NCBI GenBank assembly: GCA_964547785.1
Contig: CAZJPB010000001.1
Location: 1-41,322 of the forward strand
From: an uncultured Pseudomonadota bacterium
GTDB lineage: Bacteria > Babelota > Babeliae > Babelales > CAIQNR01
Direction: 5' to 3'
DNA length: 41,322 nucleotides
In this document: positions 1 through 8,872 of the stretch, in pieces
Position numbering within the stretch: the first letter of the stretch is position 1
Layout of the letters: the number at the start of each line of letters is the position of its first letter
Program-made: the position numbers and the translations under genes
Notes under the pieces: model-generated
Told to the model about the DNA's origin: nothing
Databases searched by the model: none
Seen by the model: the letters and a program-made list of their open reading frames with translations, nothing else

Positions 1-102
1 CAAAAACACCTTTCGACTTTGTATAATTATTATTTTTTTAATTGTAATGCTCTAAGCTCATTTTGGTTAACTCTGATTTCTTCTTTTTCATCATCCTCTT
101 CT

Positions 103-408
103 TCAAAGTCTTCTTCCAGAATCAGAAATTAAATCTGCGAGACTAAAATGAGCAGCTGCAGGCGCTGCTACTTGAGCCACTGCCACTTGAGCTGCTGCCA
201 CAAGACGCATCTTACTTATTTCATCCATTAATATAAGAGAATCAGCATGTAATATAAGAGAATCAGCATGTTCTGGACTTACAGCTTTTGGACCCAAAAC
301 CAAAGTGCCATTCACATCTACATAAGCATTTGGATACGTTGGCCAAGCTCCTGCAAAAAAAACAAAATTAATTATTAAGAATAAAGCTATATATTTTTTC
401 ATTTTCAT
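103..408 (-). CDS. small secreted repeat-containing protein (ORFan)
   Basis: 101-aa ORF with a hydrophobic signal-peptide-like N-terminus (MKMKKYIALFLIINFVFFAGA). Contains internal tandem DNA repeats. No family recognised. The 3' end may be frameshifted (see findings). Confidence 0.45.
   Translation of the reverse strand: MKMKKYIALFLIINFVFFAGAWPTYPNAYVDVNGTLVLGPKAVSPEHADSLILHADSLILMDEISKMRLVAAAQVAVAQVAAPAAAHFSLADLISDSGRRL
229..270. repeat. perfect 2 x 21-bp tandem repeat inside a CDS
   Basis: taatataagagaatcagcatg occurs at 229-249 and again at 250-270, encoding HADSLIL twice on the minus strand. A second 15-bp imperfect tandem repeat lies at 171-185 / 186-200 (13/15 identical). Confidence 0.95.
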
Positions 409-429
409 AAACGTTCTTTCTTAAAATAA

Positions 430-921
430 TTATTTTTTAAATATATTAGTATAATCTCCATCAAAATCTTCTTCTACCGGCACTTCAACTTCAAGCCTTT
501 TGATTGCTTCTAGAGCTTCTCTAAATAGTCGCCCCTTGTGTATTGCTTCTAGAGCTTCTCTAATAGCCGCCCCTTGTGTTCCAGATGGAGCTGCTTGCAA
601 AAGACGTTGATATAATGCGCCTTGCGTTCCAGGTTGAACGCCTTTCAAAATCTCAGCTATACCCATTAACGATTTTCCCATTTTTGCTATTTCTGCTTCT
701 TCTGCTACTACTTCTTCTTCTGTCTTTCTTAACTGATCAACTTGAGCTACTTTTGGTTGTATTGGTGCATTACAAATACTAGAAACTTGTAATAAAGCTA
801 GAAGTTGTGACTCTAGCTTTATTTCTGCTGCGGCAGGATCAGGATTTGCTTCTGCAGCAAAGAGCGTGTTACAAGAAACAATGAACAGAAAAAAGAAAGT
901 TTTTTTAGAATAATCACTCAT
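430..921 (-). CDS. secreted repeat-containing protein (ORFan)
   Basis: 163-aa ORF with a signal-peptide-like N-terminus (KKTFFFLFIVSCNTLFAAEA). Has repeated GTQGA and REALEAI motifs and an acidic C-terminus (EEDFDGDY). No family recognised. Confidence 0.5.
   Translation of the reverse strand: MSDYSKKTFFFLFIVSCNTLFAAEANPDPAAAEIKLESQLLALLQVSSICNAPIQPKVAQVDQLRKTEEEVVAEEAEIAKMGKSLMGIAEILKGVQPGTQGALYQRLLQAAPSGTQGAAIREALEAIHKGRLFREALEAIKRLEVEVPVEEDFDGDYTNIFKK
503..579. repeat. 39/38-bp tandem duplication inside a CDS
   Basis: attgcttctagagcttctctaaatagtcgccccttgtgt (503-541) is followed by attgcttctagagcttctctaatagccgccccttgtgt (542-579). The copies differ by one substitution and a 1-nt indel. 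Confidence 0.9.
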
Positions 922-1017
922 TAAAGTCCTTACAAATATTAAAAATTATTATGCATTCTATAATAATTATTTATACAAAATTCACAAATTAATCGTACCT
1001 TGCATCATTTTATCACT

Positions 1018-1692
1018 TTATTTAGTTGCAACTCTACAAATTACTGCTCCTACAATTTTTGTCGGACGCAATCGTAAAAGCGCTTTGCTTGCATATTTTA
1101 ATGTTGATCCAGTAGTCATAACATCATCTAGCAACAAAATCCGCTTATTTTTATAAAAATGCGCATCTTTAGACAAAGCAAAAATATCTTTGACATTAAC
1201 TTGACGATCTTTTAACGAAAGCATCCCCTGTATTTTTGTTTTGCTCTTTCGAACAAGAAGATTCACGACAGGCTTACCACTTTGCCTACTGATTGCGTGG
1301 GCCAATTCTTCTGATTGATTAAACCAACGACGCGCATACCGCGTCCAATGCAACGGCACAGGAACAATAATATCAAAATCTGCATACTGCAAAGAAGTTT
1401 GCTGCCACATCATCCTTCCAAGCAAGGCAAACACCGCTTTGTTGCCATAATTTTTACTTTGAATAAGCATACGCAAAGGATCGACATAATCACTGACTGC
1501 AAAAACTGTGATCATTGTATTTTCTGTGATAACTAAAGGTGCTGAAACAATCGGTCTGATCATCGCAACACATGTTTGGCATACGATAGATTCTTTTGCG
1601 ATTAATTTTTTACAAAAAACACAAACAGCGGGAATAATGATCTGATACAATGCATAGAGATACTCTTTACACGCCGAAACTACTGAATGCAT
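1018..1692 (-). CDS. comF: ComF family protein (phosphoribosyltransferase-domain competence protein)
   Basis: N-terminal Cys pairs (CVFCKK...CQTC) and a C-terminal PRTase motif (ILLLDDVMTTGSTL). The ORF-track start at 1695 is TTG, so I prefer the ATG at 1690-1692. That ATG shares one base with the lspA TGA stop (TGATG). Confidence 0.8.
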   Translation of the reverse strand: MHSVVSACKEYLYALYQIIIPAVCVFCKKLIAKESIVCQTCVAMIRPIVSAPLVITENTMITVFAVSDYVDPLRMLIQSKNYGNKAVFALLGRMMWQQTSLQYADFDIIVPVPLHWTRYARRWFNQSEELAHAISRQSGKPVVNLLVRKSKTKIQGMLSLKDRQVNVKDIFALSKDAHFYKNKRILLLDDVMTTGSTLKYASKALLRLRPTKIVGAVICRVATK

Positions 1693-2159
1693 CAAGATTC
1701 TGACTCAGTCATAGTCTGCAATAACATGATACAAACACCTGCAACAATGCATATATCTGCGATATTAAAAATAGGAAATGTCCACGAACCCCAAGAAATC
1801 TGAATAAAATCAACTACTGCTTTATGATACAATCGATCAATAAAATTAGCTGTGCCACCAACAATAACGAGTGTTTCTGCATACGTACAATAGCCATTCA
1901 TGCGCCTTTGATAAGCATACCAAGAAAAATAAAATAGAAAAAAACCAGAGACAAGGGTAATCGCAACAAAAACAAGCGTTTTTGAACTTGCAAACATGCT
2001 CCAGGATATTCCATAATTATAGACAACATTAAAAGATAAAAATGAATTAAAGCAGACTGGATATTTAAAATGTGATACTGCCCATGATTTTGAAAAAAAA
2101 TCTATAAAAGCAAGCAGCCACAAGTTCCTTACGTACGCATAACATTTGTGATCCTTCAT
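1692..2159 (-). CDS. lspA: lipoprotein signal peptidase (signal peptidase II)
   Basis: 155-aa polytopic membrane protein with LspA-like motifs ([24 protein letters not shown]). ATGA overlap with the pheT stop. Confidence 0.85.
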   Translation of the reverse strand: MKDHKCYAYVRNLWLLAFIDFFSKSWAVSHFKYPVCFNSFLSFNVVYNYGISWSMFASSKTLVFVAITLVSGFFLFYFSWYAYQRRMNGYCTYAETLVIVGGTANFIDRLYHKAVVDFIQISWGSWTFPIFNIADICIVAGVCIMLLQTMTESES

Positions 2160-4489
2160 CGAATGCGCACTCCTAAACCATGCACTGCTTTTTCAACAGC
2201 TAATTGAACTTCTATCAACATATCTTTCGTAACCGATTGCTCTTCGTCTTGCACAAAATATCGAAACGTAACTGATTTTTCATCCTGCCATTCAGGTCGC
2301 TGAAAAACATCTTGCAACTGAACTTCTTTAATCAATCGATGCGCTAACGCAATCGTCATTTGTAATGTTTCAACCGAATACGAAAGTGGCGTCATCATGC
2401 TTATATCGAGATAACTTCCTTGATATTTAGAAAAAGGAACAAATCGTTTTTCAGCCTGTTTATGTTCGAGCACATATGTCGCATCAAATTCAAAAGCCCA
2501 CGCATGGCCACCACCTAATCCATGCATGATGGCTCCATTGATCATACCGACTTTGCCAACAATGGTATCCTGTGAAATAATATCAGCAACTTGATACGCA
2601 TGCGCCCACAAAGGTTTTTGTAATGATTTTTTTAAAGTAATTTTTATACCGCACAAAGCGTACAAATCTTTTAAAAGATCAGCCTGCTTATAAAAATCAA
2701 TTTCATTTTTTCGCTGATACAGAATGCCTGCTATCTTTTTTTGTTCAATAACTTTTGATTGCGCAGGATCGGTATGCCACGCACGACCATATTCAAAGAA
2801 AGCAGCCTGTTCATGCTTTGCTGCAATCTCATCAACATTTTTAAGCAAAGGAATAACGAGCGAATCGACTAATGTTGTCGCTTGTTCAGAAAGTGGATGC
2901 GCAATTTCTACGGGCAATACAATATTCCAATCTATTTTTTTTAAAAAATCATTATCTAAAAGTGCGTAATTATAAACCTCTTGCATTTTGCCCGTCACTG
3001 CCAAAAACTGTTTTATTGCGTAGAGTCGAGATTGCCAAGCATCTACAAAAACTTTTTTTGCAACTACTGGTAATTTTTCGGGGATATGTTCGTAACCATA
3101 CAAACGACCAACTTCTTCAACAATATCTTCTTTGATTTTTATATCTTTAGTTGCTCGATACGATGGAACCGTGATCGTAAATGCTTGATCATCATTTTTT
3201 TTGGTGACAATAACTTTGTAATGGGCTGATTCCAAAATAGTTTTAATGTCATCTTTTTTAAACGTAATGCCCAAGCGATCTTCTATAAAACTTTGGGTTA
3301 TATTGATTACAATAGGTTTTACCAATGAACCAATCGCAACACCTGATGGTACACTATCTTTTGCAATACCATCTTGTATCAAGAGTTGCGCAAATCGCTT
3401 GAGCCCTTGCAATGCCTGCTCTGGATCAAGTTCTTTTTCAAAACGCGCTGAACTTTCTGATCGCAATTTATGAAAACATGATGATCTTCGTATAGAGCCA
3501 CCACTAAATGTTGCCGCTTCAACCAACAATGAATCTGTTGTTGTGCTAACTCCAGAAGCCATGCCCCCTTTGATACCAGCCAAGGCTAAAGCCTGCGTAT
3601 CATTAGCTATCACGATATCTGTTTCTTGCAACGTAAGATGTTCGTTATTCAAAACAATAAGTTGCTCTCCATTCTTTGCTTTGCGAGGACCTATATATTT
3701 TGAAACTTTTTGAGCATCGAATGCGTGCAATGGTTGACCAATATCAAACATAACGTAATTAGTTGCATCAACAACATAATCTATCGGTCTTTGTCCAACG
3801 CGTGACAATCTAAAACCCATCCATAAAACTGAAGGGCTCAACATACTATTTTTGTAATAAAGCATCGAAAAAAAAGACACTTCTTGTGTATCGATGCTTA
3901 ACGTAAAAGGGAATGCTTGCGTTGCCTGATATTCTTTTTCGTATTGTTCTATTGATATCGGTGCAAAAAAATCATCTTCTGATCGTAATTTTGTTTTTAA
4001 AAATGGTGCGACTTCGCGCGCAAAACCTCTATGGCTCCACAAATCCGGACGGTGCGTAATAGACTTATTATCAATATCAATGATAACATCAGTTGTTTCG
4101 ATTTTTTTACGCCATGAACCATGTTCTAACAATGATTGCTCTAAAGCAAATACGCCTACCAATCCTTCTTTTTCGATATATATATCGCTGTACAAAAGCC
4201 ATGAATAAAGAGATCCTTCTTTTTTGACAAAATAGATCGCACTCATAATAGCATCTGAACGGAATGGCAGACTTATTGTTTGTCTAATTTCTGGTACAAA
4301 AAACGTGATTGAATTTTCTGATATCTCTTGAACCTTTCCTGCATACCACGATCCAAGATCTAAAGAATATTCAGTTGTTGTCTCAATTTCTGCAACTTTA
4401 GTATTAAAATGATGCACAAGTGCCTGCAGATCAAGAGCGTCCCAAGCAATACTGAGATGATCACAAACCCAGCGTAATGATAATTTCAT
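2156..4489 (-). CDS. pheT: phenylalanine--tRNA ligase beta subunit
   Basis: 777-aa ORF with PheT-like B3/B4 and B5 regions ([39 protein letters not shown]) and a C-terminal FDX-ACB-like domain. No pheS is adjacent. Confidence 0.95.
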   Translation of the reverse strand: MKLSLRWVCDHLSIAWDALDLQALVHHFNTKVAEIETTTEYSLDLGSWYAGKVQEISENSITFFVPEIRQTISLPFRSDAIMSAIYFVKKEGSLYSWLLYSDIYIEKEGLVGVFALEQSLLEHGSWRKKIETTDVIIDIDNKSITHRPDLWSHRGFAREVAPFLKTKLRSEDDFFAPISIEQYEKEYQATQAFPFTLSIDTQEVSFFSMLYYKNSMLSPSVLWMGFRLSRVGQRPIDYVVDATNYVMFDIGQPLHAFDAQKVSKYIGPRKAKNGEQLIVLNNEHLTLQETDIVIANDTQALALAGIKGGMASGVSTTTDSLLVEAATFSGGSIRRSSCFHKLRSESSARFEKELDPEQALQGLKRFAQLLIQDGIAKDSVPSGVAIGSLVKPIVINITQSFIEDRLGITFKKDDIKTILESAHYKVIVTKKNDDQAFTITVPSYRATKDIKIKEDIVEEVGRLYGYEHIPEKLPVVAKKVFVDAWQSRLYAIKQFLAVTGKMQEVYNYALLDNDFLKKIDWNIVLPVEIAHPLSEQATTLVDSLVIPLLKNVDEIAAKHEQAAFFEYGRAWHTDPAQSKVIEQKKIAGILYQRKNEIDFYKQADLLKDLYALCGIKITLKKSLQKPLWAHAYQVADIISQDTIVGKVGMINGAIMHGLGGGHAWAFEFDATYVLEHKQAEKRFVPFSKYQGSYLDISMMTPLSYSVETLQMTIALAHRLIKEVQLQDVFQRPEWQDEKSVTFRYFVQDEEQSVTKDMLIEVQLAVEKAVHGLGVRIR

Positions 4490-4634
4490 GATAGGTCCTT
4501 CTAGAAAGAATTATGAAATTTTAGAGTAAAATAAAACTAAAACATCCGCAACTTATCATGGTTCTAGTCTTGAGAAAAAGACCGTGGTATTCTAGATAAT
4601 CATAGAATTAGAAACAATAAGCGAGGAATAATCC

Positions 4635-5546
4635 ATGGCTGGAAAAATACTTTTATTTTATAAATATATAAAACTAGAAAACCCGCAAGAAATAGCTGAC
4701 TGGCAAAGAAAACTTTGCCTCTCTTTAGAGCTTAAAGGTAGAATAATTCTTGCTTGCGAAGGAATTAATGGTACTGTTGGCGGATCAGAAGAAGCTACAA
4801 AAAAGTATATCGAGGCCATGGAAGCGCACCCTTTATTTACCAATATTGATTTTAAAGACGCTGCCGGCAGTGCAGCACATTTCCCGCGCCTTCGCATCAT
4901 GGTTAAAAAAGAAATTGTAAATCTTGGCATCGATCCAGAAAAGCTAACCATCAAAGACACGGGCCAGTATCTCACGCCGCAAGAAGCTCACGAACTCATG
5001 AATCAAGCACCTGAAGATCTTGTGATCCTTGATACACGCAATGATTACGAAACAGCAATCGGAACATTTACCAATGCCATCGCACCGAACACTCGTTATT
5101 TCAGAGAATTCCCTGCATATATCGACAAAAATCTTGATCTTTTTAAAGACAAGCAAGTGCTTATGACCTGCACAGGCGGCGTTCGCTGTGAACGTGCATC
5201 TGCGTATGTAAAGCTCAAAGGCGTTGCTAAAAATGTTATGCATCTTAAAGGCGGTATTCATCGCTATATCGAGCAATATCCAGATGGCCACTTTAAGGGC
5301 TCAAATTATGTTTTTGATGCGCGTATTTCTCACGCTGTTTCTAATGATCTTTTAAGCGAATGCAACCTTTGCAAAACAGCAACTGATTATTACGAAAATT
5401 GCAAAAATGCGTTTTGCAATAAACAATTCCTTGTCTGCGCGTCTTGTAAAGATGCATTTGGACAATCATGCAGTGTAAGTTGCGTTGAACTTATTAAAAA
5501 TAATAAAGTTTCTGTACGCACAAAAGAAGCTCGTATCGCTGCATAA
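4635..5546 (+). CDS. trhO: rhodanese-domain tRNA uridine(34) hydroxylase (UPF0176/YceA family)
   Basis: N-terminal FYKY...GRIILACEGINGTV and the rhodanese active-site loop CTGGVRCE. Cys-rich C-terminal tail. GAGGAA RBS lies upstream of the ATG. Confidence 0.85.
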   Translation: MAGKILLFYKYIKLENPQEIADWQRKLCLSLELKGRIILACEGINGTVGGSEEATKKYIEAMEAHPLFTNIDFKDAAGSAAHFPRLRIMVKKEIVNLGIDPEKLTIKDTGQYLTPQEAHELMNQAPEDLVILDTRNDYETAIGTFTNAIAPNTRYFREFPAYIDKNLDLFKDKQVLMTCTGGVRCERASAYVKLKGVAKNVMHLKGGIHRYIEQYPDGHFKGSNYVFDARISHAVSNDLLSECNLCKTATDYYENCKNAFCNKQFLVCASCKDAFGQSCSVSCVELIKNNKVSVRTKEARIAA

Positions 5547-5560
5547 GCAAAAGGAAATTA

Positions 5561-6577
5561 ATGTCTTTCGTAATCCAAGAAAACATAGCCCTGCACGATA
5601 AAAATTGGTTCAGAACGGGCGGAGCCGCTCGTTATTTTTGCCAACCAAAAACAGGCTTAGAATTCCAAGAAGCTTTATTTTTTGCACAAACTCATGGTCT
5701 TGAAATTTTTGTTCTAGGCCAAGGAGCAAACGTACTCATAAGCGACGAAGGCTTTGATGGCCTTGTTATTCAGCCACAAAATACTGACTATACAAGACTA
5801 GAAGCAATTTCGAACACGATGCACTTAGTAACTTGCGGTGCTGGGCTTACGATGGATGCACTTATCGAAAAAACACTTGCTGATAGTCTTACCGGGCTTG
5901 AAGTTTTTAGCGGCATTCCGGGAACATTAGGCGGATCGACGTTTATTAACTTGCATTACTTTATTCATTTTTTAAGTGATTTTATTCATAAAGCTTCTGT
6001 CATCAAACGATCGACAGGCGAAATTTTTATGGTTGACGCTGCATGGTTCACATTTGGATACAATCAATCAACACTCATGAATCATGAGTATTACGTTATA
6101 TCAGTAACACTCAAACTAAAAAAATCTAGCGATACCGAAGTTGCTTACGCGCAAGGCAGGCGCTACGAAATCATCCGTCATCGCAATTCACGATATCCAA
6201 CGGCCAATACATGCGGAAGTTTTTTTAGAAATTTTCACGAAGACGAAGTCTCTTTAATTTCTAACAATAGAAAAATGATTTTTATAGCATTCTATCTTGA
6301 TAAAATCGGCGTTAAAGGCGTTCAAGAAAAAGGTGGTGCAAAAGTTTCGTGGCAACATGCTAATATGCTCGTCAACACAGGAACAGCAACATCGCAAGAT
6401 ATTATTGATCTAGCGCGCACTTTACAAATAAAGGTCTATCGTGAATTTGGTATTTTGCCGCAACCAGAATGTCTTTTGATTGGCTTTAAAACGTATCCTT
6501 TAGTAACGGCTTACGAACTTTCCTTGCTGCAACAGTCGCCAACACTGAATCACTCTGCCCATCAGAAAACCACTTAA
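5561..6577 (+). CDS. murB: UDP-N-acetylenolpyruvoylglucosamine reductase
   Basis: MurB-like FAD-binding N-terminus (NWFRTGGAARYF, FVLGQGANVLISDEGFDGLVI) and C-terminal region (GSFFRN, QHANMLVN). AAAGGAAA RBS. Confidence 0.9.
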   Translation: MSFVIQENIALHDKNWFRTGGAARYFCQPKTGLEFQEALFFAQTHGLEIFVLGQGANVLISDEGFDGLVIQPQNTDYTRLEAISNTMHLVTCGAGLTMDALIEKTLADSLTGLEVFSGIPGTLGGSTFINLHYFIHFLSDFIHKASVIKRSTGEIFMVDAAWFTFGYNQSTLMNHEYYVISVTLKLKKSSDTEVAYAQGRRYEIIRHRNSRYPTANTCGSFFRNFHEDEVSLISNNRKMIFIAFYLDKIGVKGVQEKGGAKVSWQHANMLVNTGTATSQDIIDLARTLQIKVYREFGILPQPECLLIGFKTYPLVTAYELSLLQQSPTLNHSAHQKTT

Positions 6578-7060
6578 AAGCGCTGTGCTTGCAACATCAA
6601 TTGCATAGAGCAAAAAATTATTTTTATACAGAGGATAAAGAGCGATCATCGCACCATTAAAAAATTTTATGCAAAAAAATAACAGCAAAATAATCAAAAT
6701 ATCTTTGCTGCCTTTTATACGAATAATACGTCTTGAAGCATCTACTACTTCTGGTTGTTTTTTTAAAATACGCCACATTCCAAGACCAATGCCAAGCAAT
6801 GCTCCTAAAAGATAGATTCTAACAATACACCAACTAATGCCATATTTTTTGTACATAAAAAATAACGATGCACTTAAAAAAAATGATGAGAAAATTATTA
6901 AAGAAAAAAATGAAACAGCACGATCTTTTAAAGCATACATTCCACGCATTATGCAAAATAATAATGCAAACCAAGCCCAGACAGGCACTTGTACAAAAAA
7001 ATCTATCATAAAAACTTTCAACGTAAAAAAATAGCACGCATTCCAAAAGCAACCAACCAT
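6500..7060 (-). CDS. polytopic membrane protein, family not recognised
   Basis: 186-aa ORF with several hydrophobic helices. Its 3' end overlaps the convergent murB by 78 nt. An alternative ATG at 7007-7009 (MIDFF...) would avoid overlap with the upstream gene. Confidence 0.5.
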   Translation of the reverse strand: MVGCFWNACYFFTLKVFMIDFFVQVPVWAWFALLFCIMRGMYALKDRAVSFFSLIIFSSFFLSASLFFMYKKYGISWCIVRIYLLGALLGIGLGMWRILKKQPEVVDASRRIIRIKGSKDILIILLLFFCIKFFNGAMIALYPLYKNNFLLYAIDVASTALLSGFLMGRVIQCWRLLQQGKFVSRY

Positions 7061-7368
7061 AAAGGCATTCCAACAAAATTATATTCCCGTCTATCTAAAT
7101 TTGAACTTATAAAAGCATTATGCATAAGAACATGAGCAGCTCCTGCAAACAAAAATAGTGTCCTAAAACTTACATCTCTTGAAGCCAAACCTGCTCCTAA
7201 ATAAAGCCCAGGAATTATTACTGCAGAAGTAAAATGAGTAGCTTTTTCTGCGCAAGTTGAATTAACATCTTGCGGCCAAAAATAATTTTTCATCGCGGCA
7301 ACACTTGTGTTCACATAACTTTGAACACAAAACAGACTCAAGATCGTTAGTGCTTTTATTTTTTTCAT
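7018..7368 (-). CDS. small signal-peptide membrane protein, tandem paralog A
   Basis: 116 aa. The N-terminal ~60 aa are nearly colinear with the neighbouring ORF 7399-7776 (CVQSYVN.SVAAMKNYFWP...STCAEKATHFTSA.IIPGL). Confidence 0.6.
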   Translation of the reverse strand: MKKIKALTILSLFCVQSYVNTSVAAMKNYFWPQDVNSTCAEKATHFTSAVIIPGLYLGAGLASRDVSFRTLFLFAGAAHVLMHNAFISSNLDRREYNFVGMPLWLVAFGMRAIFLR

Positions 7369-7398
7369 ATTTTTTCCTTATAAAATTTAAAAATTATT

Positions 7399-7776
7399 TT
7401 AAGCAGACAGTCCGCCGCCCAAAACAGCTGCCCAAGCCAATACACCAACAGCTCCCGAAACAAGAGATGCTCCAAAAAGATTACTTCCTGGCCTTCCTGT
7501 ATGAATACTTGCAGTACTTAAAGTATTATGCATAGCGACATGAGCAATTCCTGCACACAAAAATGGTATTTTGAAAATTGAATCTCTTAACAAACAACTT
7601 GCTCCTAAACAAAGTCCTGGAATTATTGCTGCTGAAGTAAAATGAGTAGCCTTTTCTGCGCAAGTTGAACTAACACCTTTCGGCCAGAAATAATTTTTCA
7701 TCGCAGCGACACTTGCGTTCACATAACTCTGAACACACAATAAGCTTAAAAAAGCTCCAATTTTTATATATTTCAT
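7399..7776 (-). CDS. small signal-peptide membrane protein, tandem paralog B
   Basis: 125 aa, paralog of 7018-7368. Gly/Ala-rich hydrophobic C-terminus. Confidence 0.6.
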   Translation of the reverse strand: MKYIKIGAFLSLLCVQSYVNASVAAMKNYFWPKGVSSTCAEKATHFTSAAIIPGLCLGASCLLRDSIFKIPFLCAGIAHVAMHNTLSTASIHTGRPGSNLFGASLVSGAVGVLAWAAVLGGGLSA

Positions 7777-7882
7777 TTTTTTCCTTTTACTTATATAGAA
7801 TATTTACTATTAGTCATTTTATTATAAATAAAAGGGTTTGTCAAATGCGAAAAATAAAAAGTTAAGCTTGGATATTTGTTTT

Positions 7883-8575
7883 TTACAGCGCCTCGTCGCT
7901 GACTAGCGTCTCTTCATCAAAATATTCAAGGATCTTTAAGCCAGAAAGACCTTCTGGCATCTGTTCTCTGTAGCAAAAATAACGCACAGGTTTATCTTGT
8001 TTTATTTTTGGCAGTGCCGCAATAACCGAATCATACTCAGGCATAGCCTCTTCATCGTAATATTCAAGAATTACAAGCTCGGTAGAAAGGCCTGTCGGTG
8101 TTTTAGTTTTATAACAAAAATAAGAAGGCTTTTTGTCTGCCTCCTGAACATCGGTTGGCATTGATTCTAGCTTAACAATAGACACTGAAGGTTTTTTAGC
8201 TTCTGGCTTTTGCAAGATTTTTTTTACTGATTTTTTAATATTTTTTGCAACACGCCTTTTTAATAAATGCTTTTTTTGTTTTTGTATGTCTTTTAAAGAC
8301 ATTTGCCAACTATCAAGTTCATAAAAATCACGCCCTGCTTTATACATTTTTTTTTCTCTTTGCTCTTCATCATCAGACAGGCCGCGCTGTTGCAACTTTT
8401 TATAACAGGCAAAACAATACGGCTTAGGCTCATTTTCCACAAAAAATACATCTAAAATCGTAAGTGGCGCATTGCATACAGAACAATAAAACTGCTGCTG
8501 TTCATGCTTTACGAATGCTTTTACAAAAAAAGAACTTTGCAGCACGCAAAAAATCATGATTATTTTTTTATACAT
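7883..8575 (-). CDS. secreted protein with a CxxC...CxxC motif, a basic linker and a duplicated C-terminal module (ORFan)
   Basis: 230 aa with a signal-peptide-like N-terminus. Contains CSVCNAPL...CFACYKK and a Lys-rich centre. Two C-terminal repeats: YFCYKTKTPTGLSTELVILEYYDEE and YFCYREQMPEGLSGLKILEYFDEE. Confidence 0.6.
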   Translation of the reverse strand: MYKKIIMIFCVLQSSFFVKAFVKHEQQQFYCSVCNAPLTILDVFFVENEPKPYCFACYKKLQQRGLSDDEEQREKKMYKAGRDFYELDSWQMSLKDIQKQKKHLLKRRVAKNIKKSVKKILQKPEAKKPSVSIVKLESMPTDVQEADKKPSYFCYKTKTPTGLSTELVILEYYDEEAMPEYDSVIAALPKIKQDKPVRYFCYREQMPEGLSGLKILEYFDEETLVSDEAL

Positions 8576-8650
8576 AAAATTTCCTTAAAAAAAATAATTA
8601 CATTAAAAACATGTTATAATTTAAACCCTTCAATTTAAAAAAACTTTCGA

Positions 8651-8832
8651 ACTCTCGTCATCCTCAGGGAGCAATGCGACCGCAAGGATCCAGACTTCGA
8701 AAGTTTTTTTAAAAATTATTAACTTTTTTATTTCTAAACTAACTGCTTTCTGTTATAAAAATCACACCATAGCTATTACAAAACAACAACTGGATCCTTG
8801 CGGTCGCGCTGCTCCCTGAGGATGACGAGAGT
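8651..8832. repeat. GC-rich palindromic element, diverged family member (E1)
   Basis: The 43-bp arms 8651-8693 and 8790-8832 are inverted repeats with 2 mismatches. The arm termini (tcgtcatcct...aggatcca) are shared with the elements at 35561 and 41029. The 96-bp AT-rich interior makes a strong GC contrast with the arms. Confidence 0.85.
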
Positions 8833-8872
8833 ATATTTTTACGATATACTGGATCTTTTAGAAGGTGCAAGA

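Noticed and set aside
576-782. Plus-strand ORF with a poly-Leu run (LLFLLLLLLLLLLSF), and many other 60-140-aa ORFs antisense to pheT, glmS, gyrB, tgt, the AGCS gene and others
   Set aside because: They are embedded antisense or out of frame within strongly supported genes. They have low-complexity composition typical of AT-rich antisense frames and lack an RBS.
8798-8872. N-terminal 25 codons of ORF-track entry 8798-9580 (MRSRCSLRMTRVYFYDILDLLEGAR)
   Set aside because: This stretch is the right arm of repeat E1 read as protein. A canonical ATG at 8873 with a GAAGGTG RBS starts the hydrophobic YhhQ-like sequence.
8576-8872. Possible preQ1 riboswitch upstream of yhhQ-tgt
   Set aside because: I could not find the short stem plus the A-rich tail and pseudoknot pattern of preQ1-I, or anything resembling preQ1-II/III. 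The region is occupied by repeat E1. A covariance-model scan would be needed to exclude it fully.
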